A stretch of 64,000 bases of DNA, taken from positions 178,267-242,266 of the forward strand of contig MNCI01003443.1 in the NCBI GenBank assembly GCA_015680685.1, given 5' to 3'. The notes beneath the pieces were generated by a model. That model saw nothing but the letters and a program-made list of their open reading frames with translations. It had not been told where the DNA came from and made no database searches. This document shows positions 1 to 13,444 of the stretch, one piece after another (the stretch's first letter is position 1; each line of letters opens with the position of its first letter). The stretch comes from Gnetum montanum. Its lineage: Eukaryota > Plantae > Gnetophyta. A program made the position numbers and the translations under genes.

Positions 1-1256
1 AGGTGTAGTGGATTGTGATGGTGTGTGAATGCCCTCCCTTGCTCAAATGCCAAACGTGCTTCAGGAATGCCAAATGCCAAAATGTTAAGCTTACTTCAAA
101 TTTTTTCAACCCTTGAAACATAGAGGACAAGGGTATTTATAGGGCTAGGGTTAGCACAAAATGTAGATTAGTTGTCACATGGTAGTGGGACAACTGAAAC
201 TACGTTTCACCCAACTACACTATCCACTGAAGCAAATGGTGTTATGCTTTGATGTGTTGCAATTGACTTTTTGAGATTTCCAGACTATGACTATGTTGCC
301 AACTACATGTTCATGTGCCAAATAGATCACAATGTACCTAACAAAAATGTAAAAAATGCAAGTTTAGAGACTACTCTCCAAGGCTACACTGTCCACTATC
401 TTGAGTGGTGTCAAGAATAGTTATAATTTTAGGACCAAGCAAGGTGCCAAAAAGATGCATGCTACTTATTGAAGGTGTGTTAGAGCTAATGTGAATGTTC
501 ATGCTACATTGTGGAGGCCTCTAGAGGCTATTTGACATGTCTACACTTGACTATGCTTTGGATTGGGGGAGAGCATAGTCCCAAACTTAGAAAAAATTTT
601 GAGGCATGTGCTAACTATGCTCTAGGGGTTGACTATGCTCCCAATAGGGGTTAAGTTTTGTCCAAGAAATTAGAGAAATTTCTACAAAAATCAAGCTTCC
701 AATTAACTATGCTCAACTATGCTCTAGGGTAGTGGAGAGCGTAGTCTCAACAGTTAGAAAAAACTATAAAAAACTAAGCCTTCTACACTTATTACACTTG
801 AATATACTCCTAGGTAGTGAAGAGCATAGTCTCAATAGTTAGAAAATTTGCCAAACTATTTTTCCATGCCAACTAGGTTTGACTATGCTCTAGTGCAGTG
901 GAGAGTGTAGCCTTTGCCAAGCTTTTTCTTCCATGCTAGCCAGGCTTTGCAACTACTGGCTTGACACGTAGGGAAATTTGCAAAACTAGCCTTTGGTGTT
1001 AACTATGTTCTCTATTGAGTTGACTACACTTTTAGAGCATAGTCAAAACACTTAGAAAAAAAATTGTAGCTTCTTGTTGACACATAGGAAAAATTGCACA
1101 AAATCTATCTTTAGAGCTGACTACGCTCTCCACTAGGTTGACTACGCTCTGGTGTAGTGGAGAGTGTAATCCTAGCACTTAGAAAAATTTTTCTCATGTT
1201 AATACTTAGAAAAATTTGTAGTTAAGATGTAGTGGCCCAAATTTGGTGGTATTTCA
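1..1256 (-). repeat. 3' LTR (partial) of Tat element
   Basis: Starts TG on minus at 1256, next to the PPT; homologous to 20657-21951; minus-strand TATAAAT at 135-141. Confidence 0.9.
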
Positions 1257-1272
1257 TTGGCCCCTTTGTTGA
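1257..1272 (-). promoter_or_regulatory. Polypurine tract of Tat element
   Basis: Minus strand reads CAACAAAGGGGGCCAA immediately before the LTR TG. Confidence 0.75.
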
Positions 1273-2139
1273 CATCTGGAGGAGTGGCCCAAGAGACATC
1301 AACAAAGAACTAAAAAACACCATAGTAGGCCTTGGACCAACATCACTTTTATATACTTAGTTAGATGTTGTTTCACCATGCTCAAGGGTGCTATGGATAG
1401 TAGTATGCTGGGAGTAAAATGGTGTGGGTAATGTGCTAGGGAATAATAGGGGGATGAAGTGCAAATAGTGTGTCATGATGCAACATGTGGAGTCAGCATG
1501 ATTGATTGTGACCATGGCACTAGGGTGGCTTACCTCTAAAAAACATTAACCTCTTGTTAGAGTGCTCATTAGAGCATCAAGGTGGATCCAGAACCTGACT
1601 AGTTGCAACATTGTAGCTCTATCAGTTTGCTTAGAGACATGCCTTTTCCCCTTTGTTCTTTTTTGCTTATTTTTTCTTTACTTTTGTTGCTTTTATTTTA
1701 CTTTCTTGCTATGAGGTAAACCCTCTTTGGGTCCTGCACTTTGCTTTGATGCTTGCGAAATTGCATTACATCTATGGAATAGGTGTTTTCTCCTTGGCAT
1801 GACTTGTATTACATGTACCTGAGCTTTTACCAACTAACAAAGGCTTCCCACAAGATAAATTATGTTATTTCTACCTTGGATTTTATAGTTTGGCTTGCAA
1901 AGGATGCCATATGATCATGGGGGTTTATAGTCTTGACTATGCAGGGGAGTGCAAGGGTATTGGGGCATAAGGAGGGGTGTAGGACATAACAGGGTAGTAG
2001 GGATGTGCACTCTTGAGAGACTGGACTAGTCCAATCATGTACATTAGAGCGATGTGGTGACTTGTCACTATGATGAGATGTGTCCTTGCACAACGACCTA
2101 GATCTTCATCTTGCAAACAAAACTTTGAGAAGACAAGAA

Positions 2140-2760
2140 AACCACAAAACATGCAATGTAAATAAAATGTTAGGGGTGATGATGCTGCAACTACTCCAAA
2201 GACCAAATCAGTGGCAAGTGTTTGGAATTCTAGCAAAAATTCTTGTGGGCAATAACGCTGTAAATGCTCCAAAGGCTACATTGATGGTAAATTCTCAAAA
2301 AACTAGAAAATTGATGAGAGGCAATGATGTTGCAGGTTCTTAAGAGGCTATGCCAATGGTAACTGTTTAGGAAGTTAGTGCAATGTTGGGGGATGATGAT
2401 GATGTTAATGCTTCAAAGGTTGCACTGGTAATAGGAGCCTAAAAAACTAGCAAAATGGCCAAGGGCCATAATGTAGCAAATGCTCCAAAGCCCAAGAAAT
2501 GGCAAAAGCTTGAAAAACTAGCAAAATGTTAGGGGGGCCATGATGTTGTAACTACTCCAAAGAATAAGCTAATGGCTAGGAGCTTGAAGCACCAACAAAA
2601 TGCCCAAAGGTGGTAGTATTGCTAGTGTTTCCTAGAGGTGGTGGTGCTACAAGTACCCCAAAGGGCACACCAATGATGGGGGCTTCAGAAGATCAATAGA
2701 TTGCTAGGGGGTGGTAATGTTGCAAATGTTCCAAAGGTCTCTCCCAATGATAGGAATTCC
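2140..2760. repeat. Degenerate tandem array (~60-70 bp unit) in 3' UTR of Tat element
   Basis: Recurring AAAACTAGCAAAATG..GGGG..GATGTTGCAA.T.CTCCAAAG units. Confidence 0.7.
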
Positions 2761-2899
2761 ATTATAAGACTACAATTTTCCTGCCCTACCCAAGAGATGT
2801 AGATAGATGAGGGGGGAGGGAGGCAAAGTGGGGAGGGTAGGTGGAGTTGGAAGTATTCTCATTCATTCGGTTGCAAAACTATGCATGGTAGATGAAGAA

Positions 2900-3225
2900 C
2901 CTAGTTTAAGATCTTGGTAGACCATATGCTTTACTAGTTTAATGTCCTAGTAGACCATGAACCCCATTTAAGGTCTTGGCAGACCTTTGATGTGCTAGTT
3001 TATAGTCCTAGAAGATTGCTACATGCTAGTTTAACATCATAGCAAATGTGTTGTTGTGTTAGTTTAATGTCATGACCCAAGGATGATCTGCGCCAATTTA
3101 ATGTTGTAGTGGATGATCTATTTTATTTTATAGTCATNCAATTTAATGTTGTAGTGGATGATCTATTTTATTTTATAGTCATAGCGAACTAACTATGCTA
3201 GTTTAACATCATAGTGGATGAATGC
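2900..3225. repeat. Short tandem array with GCTAGTTTAA core (~31-33 bp period)
   Basis: Core at ~2901, 2933, 2994, 3025, 3059, 3092, 3197. Confidence 0.75.
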
Positions 3226-3255
3226 TTACCTTGTTCCTATTGATTTGTGACATGC

Positions 3256-4500
3256 TAAGTGTAGTACATTTTTAGATAAAAATAGTTCATTGGATTGGCA
3301 AATTCGTTACCATATTAATTAGCAAGATTGAATGCTCCATTGCCATAGGCCTTAGTTACCAAGAAAGGCCCTTCCAATTGGCTAAGAATTTATCCACGAG
3401 TTCATAAATGGCCTTGAGGACTAAGTCCCCTTTCTTGTTTGGGCATTGGTGCTAGTGGTGATGGTGCTTTTGCCTTTGCTTTTCTTGGTACCATTTGATG
3501 TGATTAAGCATTTGTATGCATTCTTCCTCTATTGAGTTGAGGTCTACAATCCTCAACTCATTATTCTAATCCCCATCAATGAAGTTTGAGGGAATCACCT
3601 AGAGTGATAGAACCTACAATTCAAGGGGAGAAATTGCTTTAGACCCATAGACAATACTATAAGGCATCTTAACTGTCATAATTTAACATGTTGCATGGTA
3701 GCCCTAGAGTGCATAGACTAATTGCTCATTCCATTGTTGCTTGTTGTTGTTGAGCATTTTCTTTAGAAGGTTTATGATAACTTTGTTTGTAGCCTCCACT
3801 TGACCATTTTCCTGAGGATAGTACAATGATGAGAAGGAATGTTTAATGCTAAGGTGATCACAAAAGGCTTTGGTTTTAGCACTACTAAATTGTGGCCTAT
3901 TATCTATGACTATGGTCATGGGTAAACCAAAATGGATCACTATGTTATCAAGCACAAATTTGCAAACCTGCTATGATGTTATCTTCCTAAGGGGAATAGC
4001 CTCAATCCATTTGGTGAAATATTTAGTTGTGTTTATGATAAAGCTATGCCTTATAGAGGACTTAGGAATTATAGGTTCAATGATGTCCAAACCCAAACGT
4101 TGGAATGAACACATGATCTGCATTGTGTGTAGTTCAGTTGGTGGCGCGTGCATTAAGTACCATGCCATTGACACATATCACACATTTTGACCTTGGAGAT
4201 GTAATCACACTTCATGTAAGGCTAATAATATGCCAAGAATATGATTTTTGCTGCCATTGCCCTAGGTGCTATGTGGCCTCCACACAATCCCTCATGGACT
4301 TGTTCGACACTTGGTTATGCTTTTCTAGTTACTCACGTAGGTTAGTAGTATGCCATCATAGGATCTATGAAATAAGGTGTTATCACCTATGATTATGTAC
4401 TGCTACAAACATTTACACACTATGTCTTTTTGAGTGGTAGTAAAGTGGTGTGAAGGCTTACCTTGTAGAAGGCACGCTTTAATGTTGTCATACCACTCTT
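3256..4500 (-). pseudogene. Integrase (Tat element)
   Basis: TKYFTKWIEAIPL, HFGLPMTIVIDNRPQF, YYPQENGQVEATNK, WEGPF motifs with stops and frameshifts. Confidence 0.92.
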
Positions 4501-4619
4501 TTGTGTGGGTTGTGCTAACTATAGCTATGGATGAAATTTTAGTTATTTGTGTGATAGGCACAATGAAATCTTCCACTGAGGTGGGCAATGCATGAAACAT
4601 GTCTAGTGTAATGCTTCAG

Positions 4620-4990
4620 GCTAATGTTGCTAAGGTGTCAGTTATTAAATTCTCATTTCAGGGAATGTACTAGACATTTGCCATTACAAATCATTTAAGA
4701 AAGTGCTTTGCTAGGTCATAGTAAGGTTGTAGATGTTGGGCTTTGTAGGAAAAAACCTTTGTCACCTAGTTGACCACTAATTGTGAGTCACCTAGAATTG
4801 CTAGGTTTTGTATCCCTAAGTCACATGTTGCAACGATACCCTTGAGGAGACCTTCGTACTCTGCAACATTGTTGGTGCAAGGGAATCAAAAATAATAAGT
4901 GAAGGGTCAGATCTCCCTAGAGGGAAAAGTTATAATGGCAACAACACTACCCCCTTGAGAGGTTGAAACCCCATCAAATGTAGAAGTGCC
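4620..4990 (-). pseudogene. Additional archaeal-type RNase H (aRH)
   Basis: FDGVS...CTNNVAEYEGLLKG...ILGDSQLVVN between the RH tether and integrase; diagnostic of Tat-lineage elements. Confidence 0.9.
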
Positions 4991-5079
4991 TCAAAGCTGT
5001 CGTACACTTGACTAATGCTACTAACATGCTTATCTAAGAATTCTGGATCTATTATTGCTTAATTATTAACTAGTGAAAC

Positions 5080-6743
5080 CATAAGTTGTGTGGCTATAGC
5101 TTGACCTTAGTTGAGGCTTGTGCAATGTAATGTAAGTCAAACTTCGTAGTTATTGCTTTCTATCATGTGATACAACTACTCATAGATATTTTTTGTAATT
5201 GTTTGGAGTATGTTATTCTTAAAAATGATGTTGACTTGACTATGAAAAAGGTAATTCCTCCACTTCTTGAGTGAGAAGATTAAGGTGAGGCAGTACTTTT
5301 CTACATCATTGTATTTTTTTTTGTGGGCTACTAATACATTGCTCAAGTAATAAACTAGGACCTCTATACCATCATCTCACTTTTGGGAAAGTAGAGAAAT
5401 GATGGATGTGTCAGAGGTGGCAAGGTAGATGAAAAAGGATTTATCTCCTAATGAAGGGTGAACCATGGGAAGTTGAAATAGATTTTGCTTAAGATTATTG
5501 AATGCCTATTGGCACTAAGCTATCCACTTAAAGTGGTCTCCTTTCTTGGGTAGATGTTGCATTGGTTGTAACTTGTCTGTTAATTGTGTGATAAACCTAA
5601 ACCTACATGTGAATTCCAATCTACGCTATAACCCTCATAGCTCCTTAAGGTTGGCCAGAGGTTTTAAGTTGGTTATGGCCTTAACCTTGTCAGGGTCTAC
5701 ACGTATTCCTACTTTGGATACTACAAAATTGAGCATCTAGCCCATTTTGACGTCAAAAACATACTTCTTGGGATTTAACCTAAGTTCATGTTTCAAGCAA
5801 CATTTAAGCACTATGTCTAGATCATTTGTATGATTATGGGTTGCTTTAGGCTTAACTTCTATGTCATTAATGTAATCATTAAGCAAGCTTAACATGTAAT
5901 CACTAAATATGTATGTCATTGATCATTGATAAATTACTCCTATGTTCTTAAGTCCAAAGGGCATCATGGTGTAACAAAACCTACCTTAGGGGGTCATAAA
6001 GGTTGTGCTAAGTTGGTGCTCATGGTTGACCCAAATTCGGTTGTAGCCTAAGAACCTATCCATGAAGGACAACAAGGCATGCCCAACCATGGTTTTGATT
6101 ACTTAATCAATACTAGGAAATGGGAAATCATCTTTTATGGTTGCCTTGTTAAGGTCTCGGAAGTCTATGCAAATACATATACTTTCATTTTTCTAGGGAA
6201 CAACTATGATGTTTGAAACCTAGTTTGCATAGTCAATGGCTCAAATGAAATCAGCTTTGTAAATCTTGGTGATTTCATCATGAATTGCCAATGCCACCTT
6301 AGGCTTGACTTTGCATGCTTTCTATTTTATTGGCTTAATGGATCTAGGATAATATTATGTTGGACCAACTGAGGGTCTAGAACTAGCATGTCCTCCTATG
6401 ACCATGTAAATGCTTTAATGTTATCATTTAGCACCTTGGTGATGTCTTGGACATATTTGGGATCTAGTGAGGATCTTAACTTTAGCATTTTGGCCTCACC
6501 ATTAGGTGTTGTCATAGGGATCTCAACAAGGTGATCCTCTATGATGTCCCTTGCCTCTAGATTAAGATCCTTAACTAGATGGTTGGGCCAATCTAGTGAT
6601 GTCTCTATGGATGCTATGTATTATACATAAGTTGTAGGTTCAAGGTCTAGGAAATGTGGATCAATGCATCACTTGATGTTGCCATGAGGTCCTGTGAAGA
6701 CTAGAGGTGAAAGAAGCTGCTTAGGAATGGTCATGTTGTAATT
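5080..6743 (-). pseudogene. Reverse transcriptase and RNase H tether (Tat element)
   Basis: DFRDLNKATIKDDFPFP, LSFMDRFLGYN, MMPFGLKN, DYIND (decayed YxDD), LRLNPKK, IYLATSD. Confidence 0.93.
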
Positions 6744-7168
6744 CTGCAAAACAAACCAACAAAATGTTAAGTAGCACCTATCATAACCATGCTAATGTGC
6801 ACAAATGAATAAAAAGAAATGCAATGAAAATTTGCCTAAGTATGTAATAGGGGTTGCAGAGAAGAGTAAGCATGTGTGTGTATGCCAGTTTTAGGGCTTA
6901 GTAGGCCATGGGTGCCAGTTTTAGGTCTTAGCGGATCATTGATGTGTGAAACATGTTAGTTTGGGAAATGCTAGCTATGATTTGGAAGTGAAATTGGCTA
7001 AGGCATTGACTAGGTGATGAAACATTAGAAATTTTGGCTAAGTGTAAGTGACTATGCTCTTACCTAGTTATTCTCCCATCCAACTATTCACTTACTAAAA
7101 AGTTAAAATTTTTTGCTTAGTGTGGAGCATAGTCTTGGGTAGATGGATCATTAAACAACCTTGGGGGA

Positions 7169-7175
7169 TATAAAA
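7169..7175 (+). promoter_or_regulatory. Candidate TATA box of antisense accessory gene
   Basis: TATAAAA just downstream of LTR-type motif copies (7020-7140). Confidence 0.45.
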
Positions 7176-10100
7176 GTGCATTTTACCATGTGTAAGTTGG
7201 CACTTTCAAACTTTCAAAATGTGAAATCTAGAGCATAGAATTGACATTGGTGTTGTGTGTTGTCGATAAAGAAAGTGTAGTTGTAGCTAGAATGATGTGC
7301 CAAAGTGGATGCCTATACTATGGACTGGTGAATGTGTATGAGCGGGAGTGGGCACTAGGCCATCAATTGTAGGCATGCATTGAAGGGAGGAGGATGCTAA
7401 CATCTTCAAAGTACCCCAACTACACTATTCCATTTTATGCCATTTTTTCTACATCTTTCTACACTTGGGAGTTTTGGGTGTGGCTTATTGATGCCTTGCC
7501 ATGGTAGGGGTCATTACCGTTGTGGGTCGTTTGGGGTCACCATGGCTAAGGTAGGCATGCATGGGAAAGGGTTTTACTTTTTTGGGCAAGGATCTTGCTC
7601 TTTACATAGGCTACAAAGGGGATAACTATTGGTTGGGGCATGGTTATGGTTGGGGTTTTTTTTTGGATGTGGAGGCTACAATGGTAGCTAATACAGTTGC
7701 AAATGGGAAGGTTGAGGGCTCCCACAAGGACTACACATGGATGTAGGGCTCATGTGGGGTTTCTTGACTATGGGAGTTTTTGAAATTTTTTTTGTTAAGT
7801 ATTTTTGTAGCATGGGGTAGGGATTTGGGGCTTAATCGCAATGGTTAGGAGCCAGCACCTACATGATAGGAAGGTGTACTAGGGGTTTGAAAAGTTTTTA
7901 GTCTTTGATGGTGTAAGTAGAGATGAGGCCTTGTTGGTGGCCAAGGCAGCTTGTCATAGGGTAGGGAACATGGCCAAGGTTTATGCTATGATTTTTTTAC
8001 TTGCTTTATTTTTAGGTGCTTTGGAGGAGTTTCAGGGAGGGCCATGAGGTGACTACCCTATGGTGTAGTCAAGGGTTGCGAGGGTGCTACACCCCACAGT
8101 GCAGTTGCATGATGGTAGAGGCTACAAGAAGCATGATCAGTGCTAGCATGCTTTTTCCCATTTTTTTTTTATTTTTCAAAATAATTTTTGCATAGGGTAG
8201 TGATGAGGGAGGACATGGCAGGGTAGAGGTGGTGTGGAAAGGGTAGTAGGGCAAGCATGATGGGCATGACACCTAGTGTGTGGAGAAGCCATGATGGGCA
8301 GTGCATGGTGCCATAGTAGGATGCAGTGCATGGAGTGAGCATTGGGATGTCAGCCAAGACCTCGCTCCTTGTAGGTGGTAGTTAGGACTATGTTCCCTAT
8401 CTTAGAGATGCAGTTGATGCCAAGTGTTTTTCAAAATGGAATTTGCAAAAAAAGTTAGTTTTCTTAGGACTATGCTCTACAGGGAGTGTAGTTAGGAGTT
8501 AGAAAATGTTTTAGCAATCTAGGACTATGCTCTCCACTTTGTAGAGTGTAGTTGGGATGCACCAGAGTTAGAAAAAATTACCTATGCTTTTAGAATACAC
8601 TCTCTACTAAGTTAGTTCAGAGTTGGAAAAAATTGCAACCTTTCAAACTACATTTTTTGGAGTTTGAAAAATGTTATAGAAATTTTTGTAAATTATACTT
8701 AATGTTAAACTTGCACAATGCAACAATGCTAACTCATAATAATGCAAAACCTGTAAACTATAATGATTTTAAGCTACAAAACATGAAAATTATAATGATG
8801 CTTAACATGTGAAAACATGAAAAATGGAATGCTAATGCTATGCAAAACATGTTATACCCTAGTAAGTATTAAGAACATCAAATATATTGGTTGATGTCCT
8901 ATACCTGTGAGGCCCTAGAGGGCATTGGCAAGATTTAGAAAATTTGCTACTCTATGTTTAACTTTGTTGAACTTAATTTAATAATTTTATATCAAAATTT
9001 GCATCTATGGATGTATACTAACACTTTGTTCGTTGCTTGGCTATTGCAAAGTGCTATGGAAGCCTATCTTGGTCATTGTGGAGCTCGTTGGCATCTTGTA
9101 TTACATGAGTGAGCATATTCCCAACATACCTACACAAGATATGTGGGTGGGCCAATAGGCATTGTGGTTTTAGCTAGGGTCTTATGAGTTCCTGCAATAC
9201 CTACTGCAGCAGTTTAGTGTGATCATGTGACCAGTGGAGGCTACTAGTGCCATTACCAAGACATTGCCTAGGGCTAACCTAGACATCTTAAGGTTGATGT
9301 CCAATGAGCCCACTATTGGTGGTGATGGACTAGGTGGTTTGGACAGAGGTCTTAAGGGTGCTTGGTGCCTATCTAGGATTTGGTGCATCATGCGGTTCAA
9401 TTGCTCAACAAGAGCAACATCATTTTTGTTACTAGGCACGTGCACACCATGTTCCAAAATCCACCTAGAACTATTTACTATGCTAGAGGGTAACTACTTG
9501 TGTGGTTTTTATAGTGTTTGTTACTGTTATTGGCTCATGCTATTTTGCTAATGGCTCATGTTCAATGCTAAGTTCAAAGTTAATGAGGTGGGCCTACATG
9601 ATGAGATGGATGCTTTAGACTTAACTCACACTGCCTTGGAGGTGTTCTCATCTAGCGAGAATGTTCATGCAGTGGTGCTTGAGAAAATTGGGTCCAATTT
9701 GGAGCTCTACTCCACTCAATACCTAAAGGTATACGAGTAGTGTAAGACCCATGGTTGGTTGGACATGGAGTGGATCACCACTATTCCTAACACTAAAGAG
9801 ATGCTTGCACCACCACCTCCATCTTGCATTCCATTCGTGCCATGTATGTGTTTCCTATTTTAGCTACTATGCTTGCTTGTGTATGCCTATTGATTTTCCT
9901 TTTGTATGATGCTAACATTGCTTTTGCATTTTTTGTAGTGGTGGTTACTTCAGGAGAGGTAACGATGGTCACTGGAGGCCACACAGAGGCCATCCTCATC
10001 ATGAAATATGGTGATGTAGAGGGTGTGCAACATTGGTTGTGCCACAAGGCCTTAGACATGCTAACTAATCAGCTTATGCATGTAGGGCTAATGAACCTAT

Positions 10101-11927
10101 TTTTGGCCCTTAGCCTAAGTATCTCGATGGTCAAAATGGTCATCATAATTTACTCCTTTAGTAGTGACATGAGATTGTTTATCACCCATGTGCATAGTGT
10201 GAGGGTAGTGCTTGACCTTGATGAGGCCTTCTTTGCTAACCTCTTTGTACTCCCCACTAATGGCCTATTGATTTTTGACAAGGCTAGTAGCGAGGTGGAC
10301 TATAGAGGAGAGATTGAGTATTGGTTGGGTGCCATCCAATCTCATAAGGTCATACTAATCAAGGATGTGCTTATGCCTGAGGTGAGAGAGCTCTACTCTC
10401 TTTTTTGTGCTTGTGCCTTTCTAAAGCTACTCTTCCAAGGAAATATCCTTGGGGTGGAGGAGGCATGGGTGCTGAAAGAGATTCTATTGGAAGGCACAAG
10501 GTATAACTGGGTTGCGTACATTACTTTTTGCTTGGATGTGTAGATATCCAGGCTATGGTTCAACATTCAAGTGTGGTTCCATGTTCATTTCACATTCTTC
10601 GCACGATACTTGCAAAAGCTTACAGAGCATTTGGTTGTACACAATGGTGGGCATTGGGTGGTGCAAGATTGTGAGTAGCTCTCAAAGCCATAGATCAAGA
10701 AGCTATTCATGAACACATGGGGATAGGACCCCCCAGAGGAGATCGATGAGTCATTTTTCATAATGACTAAAGATTTTGTGGGATGGTCACACTATTCATG
10801 TGATAGTGTAGGTGAGGGTCCTCTAGTTGGCACTAGATATGCAACTAAGGTAGATCGCTACATTGCAAATATGGTGGGACCATCAAAGGTAAAGATCAAG
10901 ATGACTCGCACTACAGAGGAGGCTATTCTTATGGCTAGGATGCCAAGTAGCAAGAAAATATGCATTAAGGTTCAAATCTTGCATGTGAAGGTTGCAGGTT
11001 AGTGTGCATAACTTGCTAGATGCATTTATTATATTTTATATTTTCATGTTTTTGTGTTATATTATGCTACTATGCTAATGCTAATGTGTGTATGTGTTGG
11101 TTGTAGAGATTGGAGAGAGGACTTTTGAAGCAATGATAGAGGCAACAATAGAAGAAGAACCTCCCCATGCTAAGGAGGGGGAAGCTCATGGAGATGATCT
11201 ACCTAGTGTAGCAGAGACCCTTTAATAGTTAGAGGAGAAGGGGCTACTCCACCTTAATGTGGGTGATTTTTATTATCTATTTGATCATGTATAGCTGGGT
11301 GACCCTCCTACACTTATGCTTGAGGGCTTGCTAGGCAAGTACTTTGTGTTGTCATCTGTTATCACCTTTTTTCTCTAACATCCTTAACTATTTGGTTATA
11401 TGCTAATTATATCATTATGTTCCAACCTCGGATGTGCTTGCCAATAGTTCAACATCTACCGACTACATGGAGCCATGGGTAGACATGTTTGACAAGTTTT
11501 CCTTCATGGAGGACATTGTGGAGGACATGGTGGATTACCTACAGTAGATAGATCCTAAGGTTGGTATGTTTGCTATGTTGTTTTGCTTATGTTTTGTTTT
11601 ACTAATCGAAACCTTAGTTCATGGCTAATGTTAATTCTCTTGTTACATGCCAATAGTTTCCAAGTTTCATTAGGATTTGAGCAATGTGATGAAGGTGGAT
11701 GCCCTCTCTAATCTCCATTTTGAGGTCTATCAAGTGTCTTATCACATGTATGAGACAATGAGCAAGTGCAAACTTTCCTGTGCAAAAGAATTATGGATCT
11801 ATAGGCACTTGAATGAGCACTTGTAGAAACATGTGCACAAGCTCTAGGAGAGAGTGACAAGCTAGGACATGAAGATTGGGGATCTTCAATGTCGATATAA
11901 CTTTCTAGTGGCTAGGTCATAGGGATA

Positions 11928-12173
11928 TAGCACTTGGAGGTCCTCGGAGATAGACTATGCTCATCATTGGTTAGCTCTTAGAGGTAAAAATGAAGCGATG
12001 TGGAAGATAATCAAGCTACAATTGTAGATAGATATACTTGCCTAGAAAAACCAAGACTAGAAGAATTATAGCACTAATGTGTACTAGTGGGGATAGACTC
12101 AAAAGAACCACAAGCACCAATACAAGTGCAAGTGTGATGTGTACCTTCGATGATACAAGGAGGAGTTTGTTGA
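11928..12173 (+). repeat. 246-bp direct repeat, left copy
   Basis: Identical by eye to 15421-15666. Confidence 0.95.
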
Positions 12174-12663
12174 ACATTGCTCCCAGAAGGGACACTTGGA
12201 TTTTGTTCTTTCAGGGGCACTTGGATTTGGTTTTCTTTCAGGGACTTAAAGGTGATTTGGTTCTTCGTATACGTTATTGCAGGAATACACTTTACCTATA
12301 GGCTTCCTTTGGGTTTACTCTAGGGAAACATGCTTGTCTTGGGAGCGCGGTGGGAACCGTATCGTTTTCACTATAGTTTATATGAACCTTGGAAAAAGCC
12401 AAATAGTTCTTAGGCTGTTTCTTTATTTCATATTACTTCTGGACTTCTATTACTTACGTTATTACACTTTCGATTACGTAGCCTTTAGTTTTACGTAGGT
12501 TTATTTTCATTTACACGGGACGGGGACTCCGTATAGAGCTTTTATTCTGTAAGGAGGGCTTTAGCGGGGAACGAGTCCCCGAGTTCCCCCGTTAGTATAC
12601 GTTATCTCGCCGTTTGCGCGCTAGGTCACTATTATTTCCTAAGCCACGGGTATAGGTAGTACG

Positions 12664-12732
12664 CGAGTTTCCTTTTGACGGGAAACCTCTGTCTCTTGTC
12701 TCTTTCTTTGGGTGGTAGTACTAGCTATAAGA
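12664..12732 (+). repeat. 69-bp repeat duplicated at 14917-14985
   Basis: Identical copies; the second abuts the N at 14915. Confidence 0.9.
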
Positions 12733-13444
12733 TCTATTGTTCCTTTACCGAAGTCTGAAGTAAGAGATCTAGGAAGAGTAATAGTTCTCTCTATAGCGCT
12801 TATGCTTTGACGCCTTTGCGTTAGCCCTATTCTATTAGTAAGGTACCTTTCCTTTCCTATAGGAGTCGTTTAGCTCGACTGAGATTCCTAAACTAGAAAA
12901 GAAGAAAGGATTGAACCACGGGCACCCCTTCTTCTCCTGTAGTCAAAAGCGCTCCATTTCCTATCGTTCTACAGGTGTCTGTAGAGCGTTCTAATGCGTT
13001 TTCGTGTCTTGATGTAGGAGGTGTATGCTTCCAACAAAGTGTTTTTATCAGTAAGAAGATCCTTCTTTACATCATCAAATAGAATCGTATAATCGGGTGT
13101 CTTTGCGTACCATCTACCCGAGACTCTGGAACAGTCATCGGAGTAAGGGGTGTCTTGATCGTCAGTCTTTCTAGTCAAACGAAATAGTGGGTGATAGTTG
13201 TTTGCCGAAAGGGCAGGTAGTCGTAGTTGACATTAGTCGTTTTTTCGTTTCGACTCTATCTTTTAGTTAAAGGGTCAGTCTTGTACCCCAAAAAATGGGT
13301 CGTCTTTAAATAGCAACTCGATGTTATCACAAAATTCGGTTGGCACGATTCCAATTCATGAATAGGAGTCAACAGGTTCAATCCCTGTTCGATCGAAAGG
13401 GTCCAGCCCTTCGACCCCATCTAGTAGGGCACTACCTCATAGAT

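Noticed and set aside
540-1200. Hairpin repeats with variable spacers as a CRISPR-like array
   Set aside because: Degenerate, irregularly spaced, duplicated in both LTRs, eukaryotic context, no cas genes
3094-3182. 44-bp exact tandem duplication
   Set aside because: The copies sit either side of a single N (3138): a contig-overlap artefact
9824-10543. 239-aa ORF as an intact membrane-protein gene
   Set aside because: Its hydrophobic N-terminus is a T-rich predicted intron (9844-9938); the rest is a decayed exon of the TE accessory gene
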